A DNA stretch of 62,899 bases, the filler included, from Basidioascus undulatus (lineage: Eukaryota): the NCBI GenBank assembly GCA_000826855.1. It is 8 parts of 8 records of this genome, joined end to end, with 100 filler letters (N's around TTAATTAATTAA, not from the genome) between each part and the next. Parts side by side here need not be neighbours in the genome. Positions count along the whole stretch, not along the records: positions 1 to 5,201 come from JTLS01001987.1; positions 5,302 to 10,489 come from JTLS01001988.1; positions 10,590 to 15,776 come from JTLS01001989.1; 5 more parts are not named here. The stretch is one strand, 5' to 3'. The position numbers were made by a program, and so were the translations under genes. The notes beneath the pieces are model-generated. The model was not told the origin of the DNA, searched no databases, and saw nothing but the letters and a program-made list of their open reading frames with translations. The first letter of the stretch is position 1. Each line of letters starts with the position of its first letter. Shown here piece after piece: positions 1-11,313 of this stretch.

Positions 1-1286
1 TCTACACTGGGGTGCTGAGTCCGGTCGCACGATGGGAACGGTGAAGGTATGAAGGGACCTGTCCTCTTGTGACGAATACAAGCGCGATGCATTGTACCTT
101 GTACCATGTAAACGCAGAATATCTTTATTACAGACGGCAACCTAAAAACTCATAATCATCGGATATATGTGATAAAACTGGTCATCCTGCATCGACCACT
201 GAAAATTGCGAGGCGTCTGTCGACAACGCAGCAGCAAGCGGCAGTCTCTGTTACCCTGGGCTCTTCTGCTGAATATCCGTTCCATTTGATGTTACAGGAC
301 GCAGAACTTTTCCACCGCTGCCCCGAAGCAGAGTTATCGCTCATCCTCACCGCCCACTGCAACTACTATGTGCATTGGCCGCCGTGCCCTCCCGCTCTCT
401 TACCCCAATAACATTCATATACCACATTTCCCTACAGAATAGACCATAAAAAGGTCACTACTAGGTTGTCGGAGGGCGAGTGGGAAGACAGGACCGTTGA
501 CGTCGCCCACTGCTGTAGAGTGTAGACCGCCGCACAAAAGGCATACAACAAAGTCCTGTGCGTTGCTTCTCCAGCAGCAGCTAGTGGCCGGGTCTTCGGA
601 CCTTAAAAAATCTTCTAATGCCCTTTCACTCTTCTCCACATTTTTTTCCACATCCTCCACATTCTCGAGCTCAGCTCAATACACCATCGACACCTAAGGG
701 TCAGCGCTGGTGTTCGCGCATCCTCAGCGTATCTGTTACTTAGGAAGTCCCCTTTAAGAAAACTGTAATGATGATTCCTGCTTATTTTTGTTCATTCTAT
801 CTAAAGCATCAGGGAAGCCAACTCCTGCACTGCCTACCGTCTTTGTCATCACTCACGCAACGCATAGGGTGGGTACGCCAGCCGCTGATGGGCCTGGTCG
901 GAAGGGTTGGAAGGGAGGTCTTGCCTCTTTCGATTCCTGGACATAAGTATGCTGAAACATGTTGTTCTTGACCCTAAAGTCGAGTGAGGGGGGGACGTAG
1001 TATCGGCGGGTGACCTGCGACTTCGTTGCAAGGGTATCTGCCAAAACAGCCTTGTTCTCATTGCATTGGTAAACCATTACTGTTTGTCCATTTCAGTTCA
1101 GTTACTTTCAGATACTCAAGTGCGTGTGGGTGCGTGTTCGTAAAGGTTGAAATTGGGACGCAGCCGAGTGTCAGGTTAGGTCCGGTCTGCCCTTGCAGCT
1201 CGGCCAATCGACAAGTCGTTGTCTCCACACCAATTCCATCCCTCCAGTCGCTCGTTTCTCCGCTCGGCTGGACCCGAAATCCCAAC

Positions 1287-3319
1287 ATGTCTTTCCGCAC
1301 AGGTCCGGCGCGCTTGAGCTACGGGAGCGTTAGGAGGGAAAGGAAGGACGTGGTGCTGACGGGGCTCGTTGGGCTGGGTGCGGTCGAGCAGCTTCGCGTC
1401 GGGTGCAGCTGCCCAAGCCCGCTCGGGCGGTTCCCTCGGTGCGTCCACCGTTTGTTCTCCTTTACGGGCCTTCTTTTCAAAGTGATGCTCAAATCTACCC
1501 TCCGACGATTACAGACTTCGGCAGCGCTCCACGATCTGACCATCAGCCCCAAGTCCAAGTCGCCCATCTTCCGCCAGGGCCCCGGCGGGCGGAGCAGCAC
1601 CACTGGCCACGTCGCGACTGTCTTCGGCGCGACGGGCTTCCTTGGGCGGTACTTGGTTCAGAAGATCGGTGAGTGGGTGGGCTGCGGAGAGGACGCGAGG
1701 TGCGGGGTGAGCGAAGGCTGGGGCTGGGAGGAAGGCCGTTGGAAGCGGGAAAGCGACCGCATGCTGGGAACGTTCAGGTGGTTCGGTTGGAAGTGGATCC
1801 TATCGAGGGCGGACAGGAGGATAGCTTTATCGCGATGGAAGGACCCGAGCGCACACCTGAACCCAGCGTCTTCGCAAGTCCCGCATTGACACCTTCTTCT
1901 TCCCCACCCCCCCTTCGCCTAGCCCGCACCGGCACGCAGGTGATCATCCCTTACCGCGACGAGGATGAAAAGCGTCACCTGCGCCTCATGGGCGACCTAG
2001 GACAGATTGTGCCCATGGTCCGTCCTTCACACCACTCTCCCTCGCCCTTCGTCCCTCGTTCCCGCACCGCCCCTTGCTCAACCGTTCGATTCACGGTTTG
2101 TAGGAGTGGGACCTCCGCAAGCCTCACCAGATCGCTGAGAACCTGCGCCACTCGGACATCGTCTACAACCTCGTCGGCCGCGAGCACGAGACGAAGGTAG
2201 GTCCTTGTCCCTGCGCTCCATGCCCACCTTGCACGCCTCCGCCCTACCGACTCATGAACGCACTTTTCTCCCCAGAACTTTACCTACGACGACGTCCTCG
2301 TCAAAGGCGCGCGTGACATCGCGCGCATCGCGCGCGAGGAGGGTGTTGAGCGCCTCGTCCACGTCTCGCACTTCAACGCCTCGCACGACTCTTCCTCCGC
2401 GTTCTACCGCGCCAAGGCTGCGGGCGAGGACGCGGTGCGCGAGGAGTTCGCGAACGCGACCGTCGCGCGCCCGAGCACCATGTTCGGGCACGAGGACAAG
2501 TTCCTGAACCACATGGCCTGTGAGTTGACGAGCGAGTTCAGAGGCGAGGTGGACTGGGAGGAATGGGATGGCTGACGGGTCGTGGGATTGCATCGGATGG
2601 GGGATACGGGGACGCAGTTTGGCCGATCGTCTATCGCCTGAACAAGGGCCAGACCCGCGTTAAGCCTGTCCACGTGTTTGACGTCGCCCAGGCGCTCTCG
2701 TACTTCCTCGTCTCCCAAAACGCCGTCGGCCAGACGTACTCGCTTCCGGGTCCGAAGGAGTACACTTACGAGGAGGTGCGTTGGTCGCCTTTCTGTTTCT
2801 TCCGTCCTTCCACTACCACTTCTCCCTTCCTTTCCCTTTTCTTTCCTGTCTCTCTTCCAGCGCGCTCAGCCGATTGACACTCTCGCCGGCATGCCCGCAG
2901 GTGCTGGACATTGTCTCCACCTTCACCTACAAGACGCACCACGCCCCGTCCGTCCCCAAGCCGGTCGCCAAGCTCGTCGCGAAGACGATGGACAAGGCGC
3001 TCTGGTGGCCGACCATCTCAGAGGACGAGGTCGAGCGCCGGCACATCGACGACCTCCCCGCTGTCCCCGCGGGCCACAAGTCCTGGGACGACCTGGGGAT
3101 CACCCCCGAGGTCTTGGAGGACGTCGCGATCGCTTACCTGCGGAGGTACCGTGACTTGTGAGTCGCGGAGTCTTTCTTCTTCGGGGGATGGCGGAGCGGG
3201 GGGAAGGTAGGAAGACGGTGCTGATGCGGCTGGTCGGGAACAGCGCCGTCTACGACAACCCGATCGAGCGCGGCGGGAAGCCCCTGCGCACGAACAGCGC
3301 TTACCACACCGTCGAGTGA
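1287..3319 (+). CDS. NDUFA9: NADH:ubiquinone oxidoreductase 39/40-kDa subunit (atypical SDR), multi-exon
   Basis: Spliced reading: MSFRT|ASRRVQLPK...|GPGGRSSTTGHVATVFGATGFLGRYLVQKI|ARTGTQVIIPYRDEDEKRHLRLMGDLGQIVPM|EWDLRKPHQIAENLRHSDIVYNLVGREHETK|NFTYDDV...VKPVHVFDVAQAL...AYHTVE*. Introns are GT-AG. Confidence 0.95.
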
Positions 3320-4019
3320 TCGCTCGGCCTTCGCCGTTCTGAGTTAGACGGGTTGGTTGTGGTGCGGCGTGCGGGTGCGGCTGGGGGTGGGAGTGGAGCT
3401 TAGACCGGTGGATCGGTGGATGATGCTTGGAGGCGGGAGAGGAGCAGGAGATGGAGTGGATGGGTGGGAAGACGAGCCGTAATGCGATGGGATGGATGGA
3501 CGAGAGGTGCAAATACAAGGCTCGGTTTTGTGGATCCCGCTTGGCGTCCCGTCCGCACATGTTCGGAGCGGAGGACGGCCTGATGCGTGCGGCTGCGATG
3601 CTCTGGAGGACATAGGCCTGTGAGGAGAGCTTGCTTGCTGGGACACTTCATGGGGACAGTTCATGGCATCGAGTGGGCGTACTGATGGGTCAGGCAGAAG
3701 CCATTGTCCCTCCTTGGTGCATCGGGGAAGACGCTGGTTTAGAGCGTAGTCCAACTTGTCTTCAAACCATTTCCGGCTTCACATGCCCCCTTTTGCTTCG
3801 GCTTCGGCTGATGAGTCGAGGCGAGGCAGAAGGCAGAAGGCAGAAGACGGGTGCAAATAAAATTCCCACGGTCGCGGGGCTCAGAATTTGGGAGCCCTGC
3901 CTGGGGCGACGCGTCTTCCTTCGTCGCTCCATCCATCGACCATTTATCGCATTCTGTTTCGTTAGAAAGGACTGGATACCTCGCCGCGGATCGTATTTTT
4001 CCACAGCCCCGCATACAGA

Positions 4020-5201
4020 ATGTGCGTCGCTTTCCATCCTGCCCGGCCGCGCACTCGTCCGCTCATCTCTGACCTCCCCCGCCTCAGGACCCGCTACACC
4101 AACATCGGCCGCAAACGGACCTACGTCGAAGCGACCGGCTTCGTCCCCCGCTCCCCCTCACCCGGTCCCCAGCCCGAAACCTCCGCCGCTGCCGCCACCG
4201 CCGCACCGGAGCCCACAGCGGACGCGGAAGGCGCACCGGCGGACGGCGAGCCGCCCAAGAAGAAGAAGCGCATCCGCAAGTCAGCGAAGAAGTACAAGCG
4301 GGCCGCAGAGCGTGCTGAGGCGGAGGCGGCTGCGAAGGCCAAGGCTGAGGTCGAGGGCGGCGAGGCAACTGGGGAAGGTGAGGGGGAGGGTGAGGGTGAG
4401 GGCGAGAAGAAGGAGAGTGGGCCGAAGAATGCGAAGGAGCGGAAGAAGGAGAAGCGGAAGAGGGAGCTGAAGGCGCAGCTGAAGGCGCAGAGGCTTTCGG
4501 CGAAAGGTGCGGAGATCATTTCTTGGCTTCGTACTGGAGAGGCGGAGGAATGGGGGCTGATATGGAGGGATTGGGATCGGTCGGGTCGCAGAGCGCTCCG
4601 AGCAGCGCAGGCAGGCACGCATCACCGAGCGCAACGCCACGACGACGTGCTTTGCGTGTCGGGAGCGCGGGCACTCTGCGCGGGACTGCCCGCGGGCGCT
4701 CGAGGGCGAGAAGGCGGGATTAAAGGGCAGCGAGATGGTCGGGATCTGCTACAGGTGCGTGCTGCCACTTCTCTCAGATAGTCATGCTGAGATTGGACTG
4801 ATTGCGGCTCGGTCCGGGTGGTGGTGGTTGCTGTAGATGCGGTTCGACCGAGCATGCCCTGCGCGACTGCAGGGCCCCTCTGCCGAAGAAGGGCGGCTCG
4901 CTCCCGTTCGCGTCGTGCTTCATCTGCTTGGAGAAGGGCCATCTCGCCTCGAAATGGTCAGTTATCGCTGTTCCTTCTTTTCTCACCTCTGCTCGCCTCA
5001 CATAGCCACCTCTTCCTTTTAGCCCCAAGAACCAAGGCCGCGGCGTCTACCCCACCGGCGGGAGCTGCAAGATCTGTTCGTCGGTCGAGCACCTTGCGAA
5101 GGACTGCCCGACGCACCAGCCCCGTCCGTCTCCCCCTTCCCTCCCTCCCCCTCCTTCCTTCTTTCCCCCTTCCCCCTACGCGTTCACCCCCCGCCGCCGC
5201 C
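4020..5201 (+). CDS. CCHC zinc-knuckle protein (ZCCHC9-like), 3' end truncated by gap
   Basis: N-terminus MTRYTNIGRKRTYVEA, a K/E-rich region, then four knuckles across exons: CFACRERGHSARDC, CYRCGSTEHALRDC, CFICLEKGHLASKC, CKICSSVEHLAKDC. Confidence 0.85.
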
Positions 5202-5301
5202 NNNNNNNNNNNNNNNNNNNNNNNNNNNNNNNNNNNNNNNNNNNNTTAATTAATTAANNNNNNNNNNNNNNNNNNNNNNNNNNNNNNNNNNNNNNNNNNN
5301 N
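5202..5301. other. Artificial contig linker
   Basis: N44-TTAATTAATTAA-N44, which gives stops in all six frames. Confidence 0.99.
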
Positions 5302-5823
5302 CCCATTCTCGTGGGCTCACAGTCAACCTCACCACGTGGCAAGTCCACCCTGATTAAATTGGGGCAAGTGTACCTGCTCCTCCCAAGAGCCCTCGGCTTG
5401 CACAGCGATGAGGTCCGCAGACATTTTGGCGGTGAAAATGGGGGAAAAGGGGGGCGGGAAGGGAGAGGGGACGAGCGGAAGAGCGCGGTGTAAGGCGAAC
5501 AAGAGCAAGGAGGAAGGCCACCTTTCAAAGTAGCGCGGGCGAGAAGACGCTGACTAAGCACGTCAACCGGTCACTGACAGCTTCACAGTCGCGGCAGCCA
5601 CAAAATATGACAGTCACTTTCTGCGCCAGGCCAACATAACTGGGTGTTTAGATTCCATATAACGGTATAAAACATCATGCAACGTAATACATGCGACCGG
5701 CCAGGCGCGAGCGTTGCGCATACAGCACAGTGGACGACGACAGCGACTATTCACCTTCAACAAGCCTGCAGCCCCTCGACTTGAAACAGATTCATCATGG
5801 AACTCATGCATCAAAACCTCCCC

Positions 5824-7002
5824 TCACTTCAGCTCAGCCATCAACGCCAGCCTCTCCTCCCTCTCGCGCTTCTCGATCCTCGCATGCCTCCTCCATCCTT
5901 TCCCGAGCCCGTCCTCATGCCTCTGCCTTCTCGCGCGCTCGCACTCAATCTCACGCACCTCCGCAGCAGTGTACGTGATCTGCTTGCGCTTCTTCGAGGA
6001 CGCCTTGAGGCCGATGCCGAGCCGGTCGGCCTTGAGGTGCACGGCGATGGGCGTCACGCGCGGGCGCTCGGAGGGCGGCAGGTTGGCAGAGGCGGCGGCG
6101 GGGGAGGGTGCGGTCGGGCGGAAGATGGAGTCGGGTGGTGTGGGCGAGCGGGAGGAGCCGAGGGAAATGGGCGAGTCGGAGCGGTGGAAGGTGGGCTTGA
6201 CGTCCTCCTCGCCCTCCTCATCCGAATCGCCTGTCAGGTCCACCACCTCCCTCTCCTTCCCCTTCCCTCTCCCTCCGCCCTTCTCCTGCTCCCTCTTCAC
6301 CACACATTCCCTGGGGCGTGCGCCCCTCCCCAAACCCTCGCCCTCCGTCCACCCCTGCCCAGCTAGCATCGCGTACCCCCTGTTGCCCGGCCCCAGCGCG
6401 AGCCACGGCGGCGGCTCGTAGCGCTCCGTCCCGGGCAGAGGGGGCGGGTCGGACGCGATGAGGTCCGCGAGCGACGGGGGAGTGTTGGTGCGCGTTGTGG
6501 GCGCGGAGGAGGCGAGGGAGCGGGTGATGAACCACGTTGGGTCGCTGCGGCGTGAGGCGGACGGGCGTAACGAGTGTGAACGACGCGGTGGAGGAGCGGA
6601 CCTCGATGGGGGAGGAGATGCCCGAGAAGAAGGACCCGCTTCTGCCTCCCTCTCCTCGCCCAACAGCGCAGCGTAGAACCCCCTCGCCATCTGCACCTTA
6701 TCCTTCCCTCCCTCCGACCCCAACCCAGGCTTCGCCGCGCCCCCGCCAACTGGGACGCCATACTCGTCCACCGCCAGCGATGCCTTAGTGAACTTGATAG
6801 GCCTGCGCCGGCGCAGCTGCGGGCCGTACGTGGGCTGCTTCCACGCGTCGTCGTCGGGTGGTGGGGCGCTGGGCCCGGCGACGGGCGCGGAGGAGACCGA
6901 GGAGGGGTCGTCGGTCTGCTCCGGTGCCGGAGGCGTGCGCGAGCGGATGTACACCGCTGGGGGCCACTGCGGGATCGGAGGGGGGGTGGCGGAGCGTGAC
7001 AT
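5824..7002 (-). CDS. G-patch domain protein (single exon)
   Basis: Long ORF containing the G-patch motif LGPGNRGYAMLAGQGWTEGEGLG...PIAVHLKADRLGIG. Likely start is MSRSATPPP at 7002. Confidence 0.8.
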   Translation of the reverse strand: MSRSATPPPIPQWPPAVYIRSRTPPAPEQTDDPSSVSSAPVAGPSAPPPDDDAWKQPTYGPQLRRRRPIKFTKASLAVDEYGVPVGGGAAKPGLGSEGGKDKVQMARGFYAALLGEEREAEAGPSSRASPPPSRSAPPPRRSHSLRPSASRRSDPTWFITRSLASSAPTTRTNTPPSLADLIASDPPPLPGTERYEPPPWLALGPGNRGYAMLAGQGWTEGEGLGRGARPRECVVKREQEKGGGRGKGKEREVVDLTGDSDEEGEEDVKPTFHRSDSPISLGSSRSPTPPDSIFRPTAPSPAAASANLPPSERPRVTPIAVHLKADRLGIGLKASSKKRKQITYTAAEVREIECERARRQRHEDGLGKGWRRHARIEKREREERLALMAELK

Positions 7003-7679
7003 GAGCGTTGGATATGGTGGCGACCGAAACGACGGGAGGTGATGTAGTCGAGAGATGAGAGGGAGAGGTGGGAGGGAGGAGGGCGAGGTCGACATTACGT
7101 AATGCAGCATGGCAGGAGTTTTAAGTGCCAAATTTCGGACTGTTTGAATCGCTTCGGACGTTGAGATGTCATCCATCTCTCAGCATAACTCCTGCATTGC
7201 TGACGGATAGGACCCTTCAACAGCCTCTCCGACTAGTGCTGCGCAGTCTAAGACTGCTGAACATCACCGACAACATGTCCAGATCCCGCTCCCCGAGGTA
7301 CGGCTGGTCTCAGTGAGCTAAGGCGAATCCCAGGGAATAAAGAGCAGCAACGAGGGCAGAACGGCACGAGTGCATCCACCAGTCTGGTGTTACGACTCGA
7401 CATTGCGGTCCTCAGCAACTCCCTGCCAGTGTTAGTTATCCTGCGCAGGCCTGCCGGGGGCTGCCGTCGCTGCAGTGCTTACTTGGTCTATGCACATGAA
7501 ATAGTGCGCAATTTGATCTCCCGAAGAACCCCAACCGTGAAGGAGTATCAGTAAATTCAAGTACAGCGGAGCTGCCGCCGAGAAACAGTAAAACAAACAT
7601 CGAGTCGCTGGTCAAACGGCACACAGCGCAAACAAGAAACATCATGCGATTATGAGCGGCAAGGAACAAAAGCGATAGC

Positions 7680-8260
7680 CTAAACCGAAGCTCTTCCATG
7701 TACAGCTTCTTCTAGTCCTCGGGGCGGAGACCGAAGCGCATTTCGCGAGACGAAGAAGCGGGAGGGGCGGTCACTGCGTTCGCGCCCGAGCCTCACATCA
7801 CACACGCCAGCCCGTCCTCCGCCAGAGCTCAGAGTTTCGGCACTCTCGAATCTTTCTTTCTTCTCCCGGTCCCAGTCCCAATCGACGCGAGGAAGCGAGG
7901 ACGCCTCGAACGGCCGGAAGAGTTGGGCGTTCTGAGTATAAGGATGCCCGTGAAGCTTCATAGCCTTGGAAGCTGGTATATGGAACAATGTTTTGAATTC
8001 AGGTTCGATAAATAACGGGAAGTACGCACTCAGCTCGTAATCACGGACAGGGCCTTCGACCTGCGGACACAGGAGATAGACGCCGACCATGACCTCCACG
8101 GTCCCACGAAGGTGCGAAAGCTTGGAGGACCAGAGTGCAGTAACACGGCCTATCCATAAAATCTCCTCGAAGTAGTCCCCGACGTCCTTAAGTCGCCTGT
8201 TTTTGAGAGGCGCCGAAGCGAAGGAGCCAAATACCAGCGTGGACAGGGAACAAACACGCT
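7680..8260 (-). CDS. Exon of a hypothetical protein (possibly BAH-like beta domain); gene may extend upstream toward ~10150
   Basis: Open frame ...DVGDYFEEILWIGRVTALWSSK...VEVMVGVYLLCPQVEGPVRDYELSAYFPLF looks globular, but I do not firmly recognise the family. Confidence 0.3.
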
Positions 8261-10423
8261 CGCGCAGAACGGTGGCGGTGAGTACGAACTCGGAAATGCA
8301 GGTGAATAATCTCTGGTTGGAAGCAGTTGTGGCGTTAGGTCTGGGCGTGGGGGACGGAACAGATCAGAGTAATGTCCGGCATGCTTTGAGGACAGTTTTC
8401 ACGTACAGAAATTCAGAGTAAGCAACGACCAGGGACTTCAGGATGTAAATCCTGCCTTTCGAACTTTCTTCGAGCTCGAGTGATGAAATAGTCGGGGTCT
8501 CACGCGCTTCATCACATTGCGCGACGAGGCGAATCTCTGGAAGCGAGCGGATGAGCGGGAGGATTTGCTCCCGAGTCGTATGCGACGAGGACGCCGGCGA
8601 CCGTGGAGTGTCGCATGCTCTTCGAGAACCCGGAGGACGGATTGAGTGAAGACCACCCGCCGTATGTCGTCGACGAGGAGGGCAAAGGCAGACCTGTGGC
8701 TGTCGAAAGGGTGCGGGCGGGCTCCGAAGGAGTAGTCCATGACCAGGAGAAGCTGAAGGCCGCCTGCGGAAGGGAGGGACTGTCTATCAAGGGATGGGGT
8801 ATTTGGAGCGGGGAGAGGCCGGCCATGGAGGGAGTCGGGCTTGCGAGGCGGCGCGGTGGGGGTGGACTTGAGAGGGGCGGGCGAAGGAGATACCATGGCC
8901 GGTTCGAAAGGGGCAGGCACAAGGTTTTGTGGAAGAGGGAATGAGGGAGTCGAAAGGAGACACTGAGGAAGCGGAGGTGTTGAGGGAGGGAGATGGCTGA
9001 ATGGCATGCCCCGCTGAGGCAGTCGTGTCGGAAGCACATTGAGGTCGGCATGAGCCTCCGCCTTCACTCCGCTCCTCGCTTTAACCATTCCATTCACGAT
9101 GGTCTAGACTCGAGTAAAGGTGAACCCAGAATATTCAAGTGCTACTACATAAGCACCCTCTTTCTTAATGGAGGTTCGCATCAGACTGTCGTCGCTCTCA
9201 GTCCCACATCAGCCCACCTCTTCCAGTTATTTCGAATGTCCTGCCCTCGAGGGTCAGCCTAAGTAGGGTGCAATGTTCCGAAGAGCAATATAGATCATTC
9301 ACAAGGGCTACGGAAAACAAAGGTGGGTCTCACTTGTGAGGGCCGAACTACGAGCAGAAGTTTCGGGCAGTCCCGACTGGATGCTTTCGACCGCACTGCG
9401 CTCTTGTCCCCATCCTGCAGTGTCGCTTTTGTACCGCGTAAGAGGACAATTATTAGGGCACTTAATTTGCCCGTGCATCATGTATGCGCCATAATCCCCC
9501 TGTCTCCCACCGTCGCACAGTCAGCATTCACGTTACAACAGGCTGTCTGCGACCCTGCGGTTCATCGAGCTCACCCTGATACAACACCTTTGATTCGCCG
9601 CTACCTTTAGCCGACTTTAGCATCGCTTCTTCTTCCGCCTGACTTTTTTTTTGGACTCCACTCTTCCCCTGCATTTTCCGCTCCGGAGGAGCAGAAGATG
9701 CGGAGCGGAGAAAAAAAGAGAAAGGCAGTCCGAAGGTGAGAGACGTTCGGCAGTCCAGCACGATGATTGCGGCGCACACTAGCGTAAAGTGTCGCAGGCC
9801 AGTCTGATGCGATTCTGACACACGGATCAGGCTGGGCTATCTTCCCCTGCAGACTGCGGCATTCTGACTGGGGAGAGGTACGCTGCATAAAGCCGTCCAC
9901 AGTCCGCATAAAGCAGGGCGGAGCGAGAGTAGCGCGCGGCTTGACCAGTTAAGTAAAGTATCGTGAGACAATTGTTAGGAACTGACGTGCGAGTGCGGCG
10001 TCGCGAGCCAGCTAAAGGAGTCGGACGCGATTCTGACATTACGTTCACCGGTACGTATCCAACTTGGCTTACAATCGGACTGACAGGAGCCGGAATTGGA
10101 ATTGGCATGATCTTTGCCGTCATATTATGAAAGGCTGCTGTGAGCGAGTTCATTGTCTGGATAAATCTGCGAGTATACTGGGTTGTAGCAAAGAGCAGCG
10201 GGCGGAAAGTCTGTACTTCATGATGATCGCTCAAAGTCGAGTCGGGTTTGGCAGACTCTACGCGATCTCCGTTACTTTACTCTAAAAAAAGGGGGATTTC
10301 TACACAGGTAAAACAGGCAGTCTTGTCAATCCCCCTCATGGTCGACAGCTTGGCTGCCAGCTGCGGGTGGACAAGCGGGAAGGCGAGCGTTGCCGTCCGG
10401 CAGAATACCAGCTTTTGTGACGC

Positions 10424-10429
10424 AAAAAA
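10424..10429 (-). terminator. RNA polymerase III oligo(T) terminator
   Basis: T6 on the minus strand, separated by one C from tRNA position 37. Confidence 0.7.
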
Positions 10430-10430
10430 G

Positions 10431-10489
10431 TCGTAGTCAGATACTCTACCATTGAGCCAGCCGGCCGTGACCGACGCAGGGATCGAACC
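10431..10489 (-). tRNA. tRNA-Arg(ACG), apparently circularly permuted (3' half upstream of 5' half); upstream part lost in gap
   Basis: Minus strand reads GG TTCGATC CCTGC GTCGGTC A | C | GGCCGGC TG GCTC AATGGTA GAGT A TCTGA CT ACG A | C TTTTTT. GGCCGGC (10466-10460) pairs with GTCGGTC (10475-10469). The D-arm is intact and the anticodon ACG is at 10434-10432. Confidence 0.8.
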
Positions 10490-10589
10490 NNNNNNNNNNN
10501 NNNNNNNNNNNNNNNNNNNNNNNNNNNNNNNNNTTAATTAATTAANNNNNNNNNNNNNNNNNNNNNNNNNNNNNNNNNNNNNNNNNNNN
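10490..10589. other. Artificial contig linker
   Basis: N44-TTAATTAATTAA-N44. Confidence 0.99.
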
Positions 10590-11313
10590 GTCTTCATCCA
10601 TCTTGCATCTTGACACCAACCCTGCTGGTAGTCCCCGCTGCGGTCTGTCTTACCCAGTCAAGTCCTGACAAAGTCTGCCTTCAGCCTTTCCAGGCCTGCC
10701 TTAACCATACAACCAACCAGCTCAGTGTAGTGGATCTGAGATGAGCACCTTGGCTCTAAATTGCGTGTTTACTTCTATACACAATTGCAGCACCCTGTCC
10801 ACAACTTTTGAATCGTCGGCGTAGCGATAACCTGGGTCATCATGTTCTGTACCACTCATGAGAATAAACGCTGGACTAGTTGGTACCCCGTTTCCCCCTC
10901 ATATTTCTGTACTCCCCTGACTTCTATAAATCGGCATTTAGTCATACACTCCTTCGCAGTTAACTTTCAACTCAAGACGTCGACGCTTGAAGTGTATGTC
11001 TCTTGACAGTGACGGGCCGGGGTGGCCCACTCACTTTTCTCGCCCGCAGCCTATACCGTTTCTGCTACATCCCCCGGGATCGTTTACCATGTTATGAGTA
11101 ATATACTCTGGAATTGAAACCAGAAGGACAAGCACAACCCGCTACTGGTTCCCTGTTGAAGCTCCAAACAAACAAACGACAAGTCAAATGACGTCAACTC
11201 AGACAGTCTTCCTCATTCCCGTCGCGCTTGGTCGTGCTCCCGCTCCGTTTCTGCTCCTTTTCCTCTTGCCCTCATCTTTACTCATCTCATCTCATCCAAT
11301 CCCAGCAACAGCG

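Noticed and set aside
150..1100. Cys-rich short ORFs suggesting a MYND finger or transposon remnant
   Set aside because: Spacing does not match a complete motif and the ORFs are too fragmentary to support a call.
5246..5257. Recurrent TTAATTAATTAA palindrome as a biological repeat
   Set aside because: Always centred in 44+44 Ns; it is an assembly linker with six-frame stops.
10321..10466. Ordinary intron-containing tRNA-Arg
   Set aside because: No TCAGA/T-arm/acceptor 3' half occurs downstream on the minus strand, and a T6 follows nt 37; the matching 3' half is upstream.
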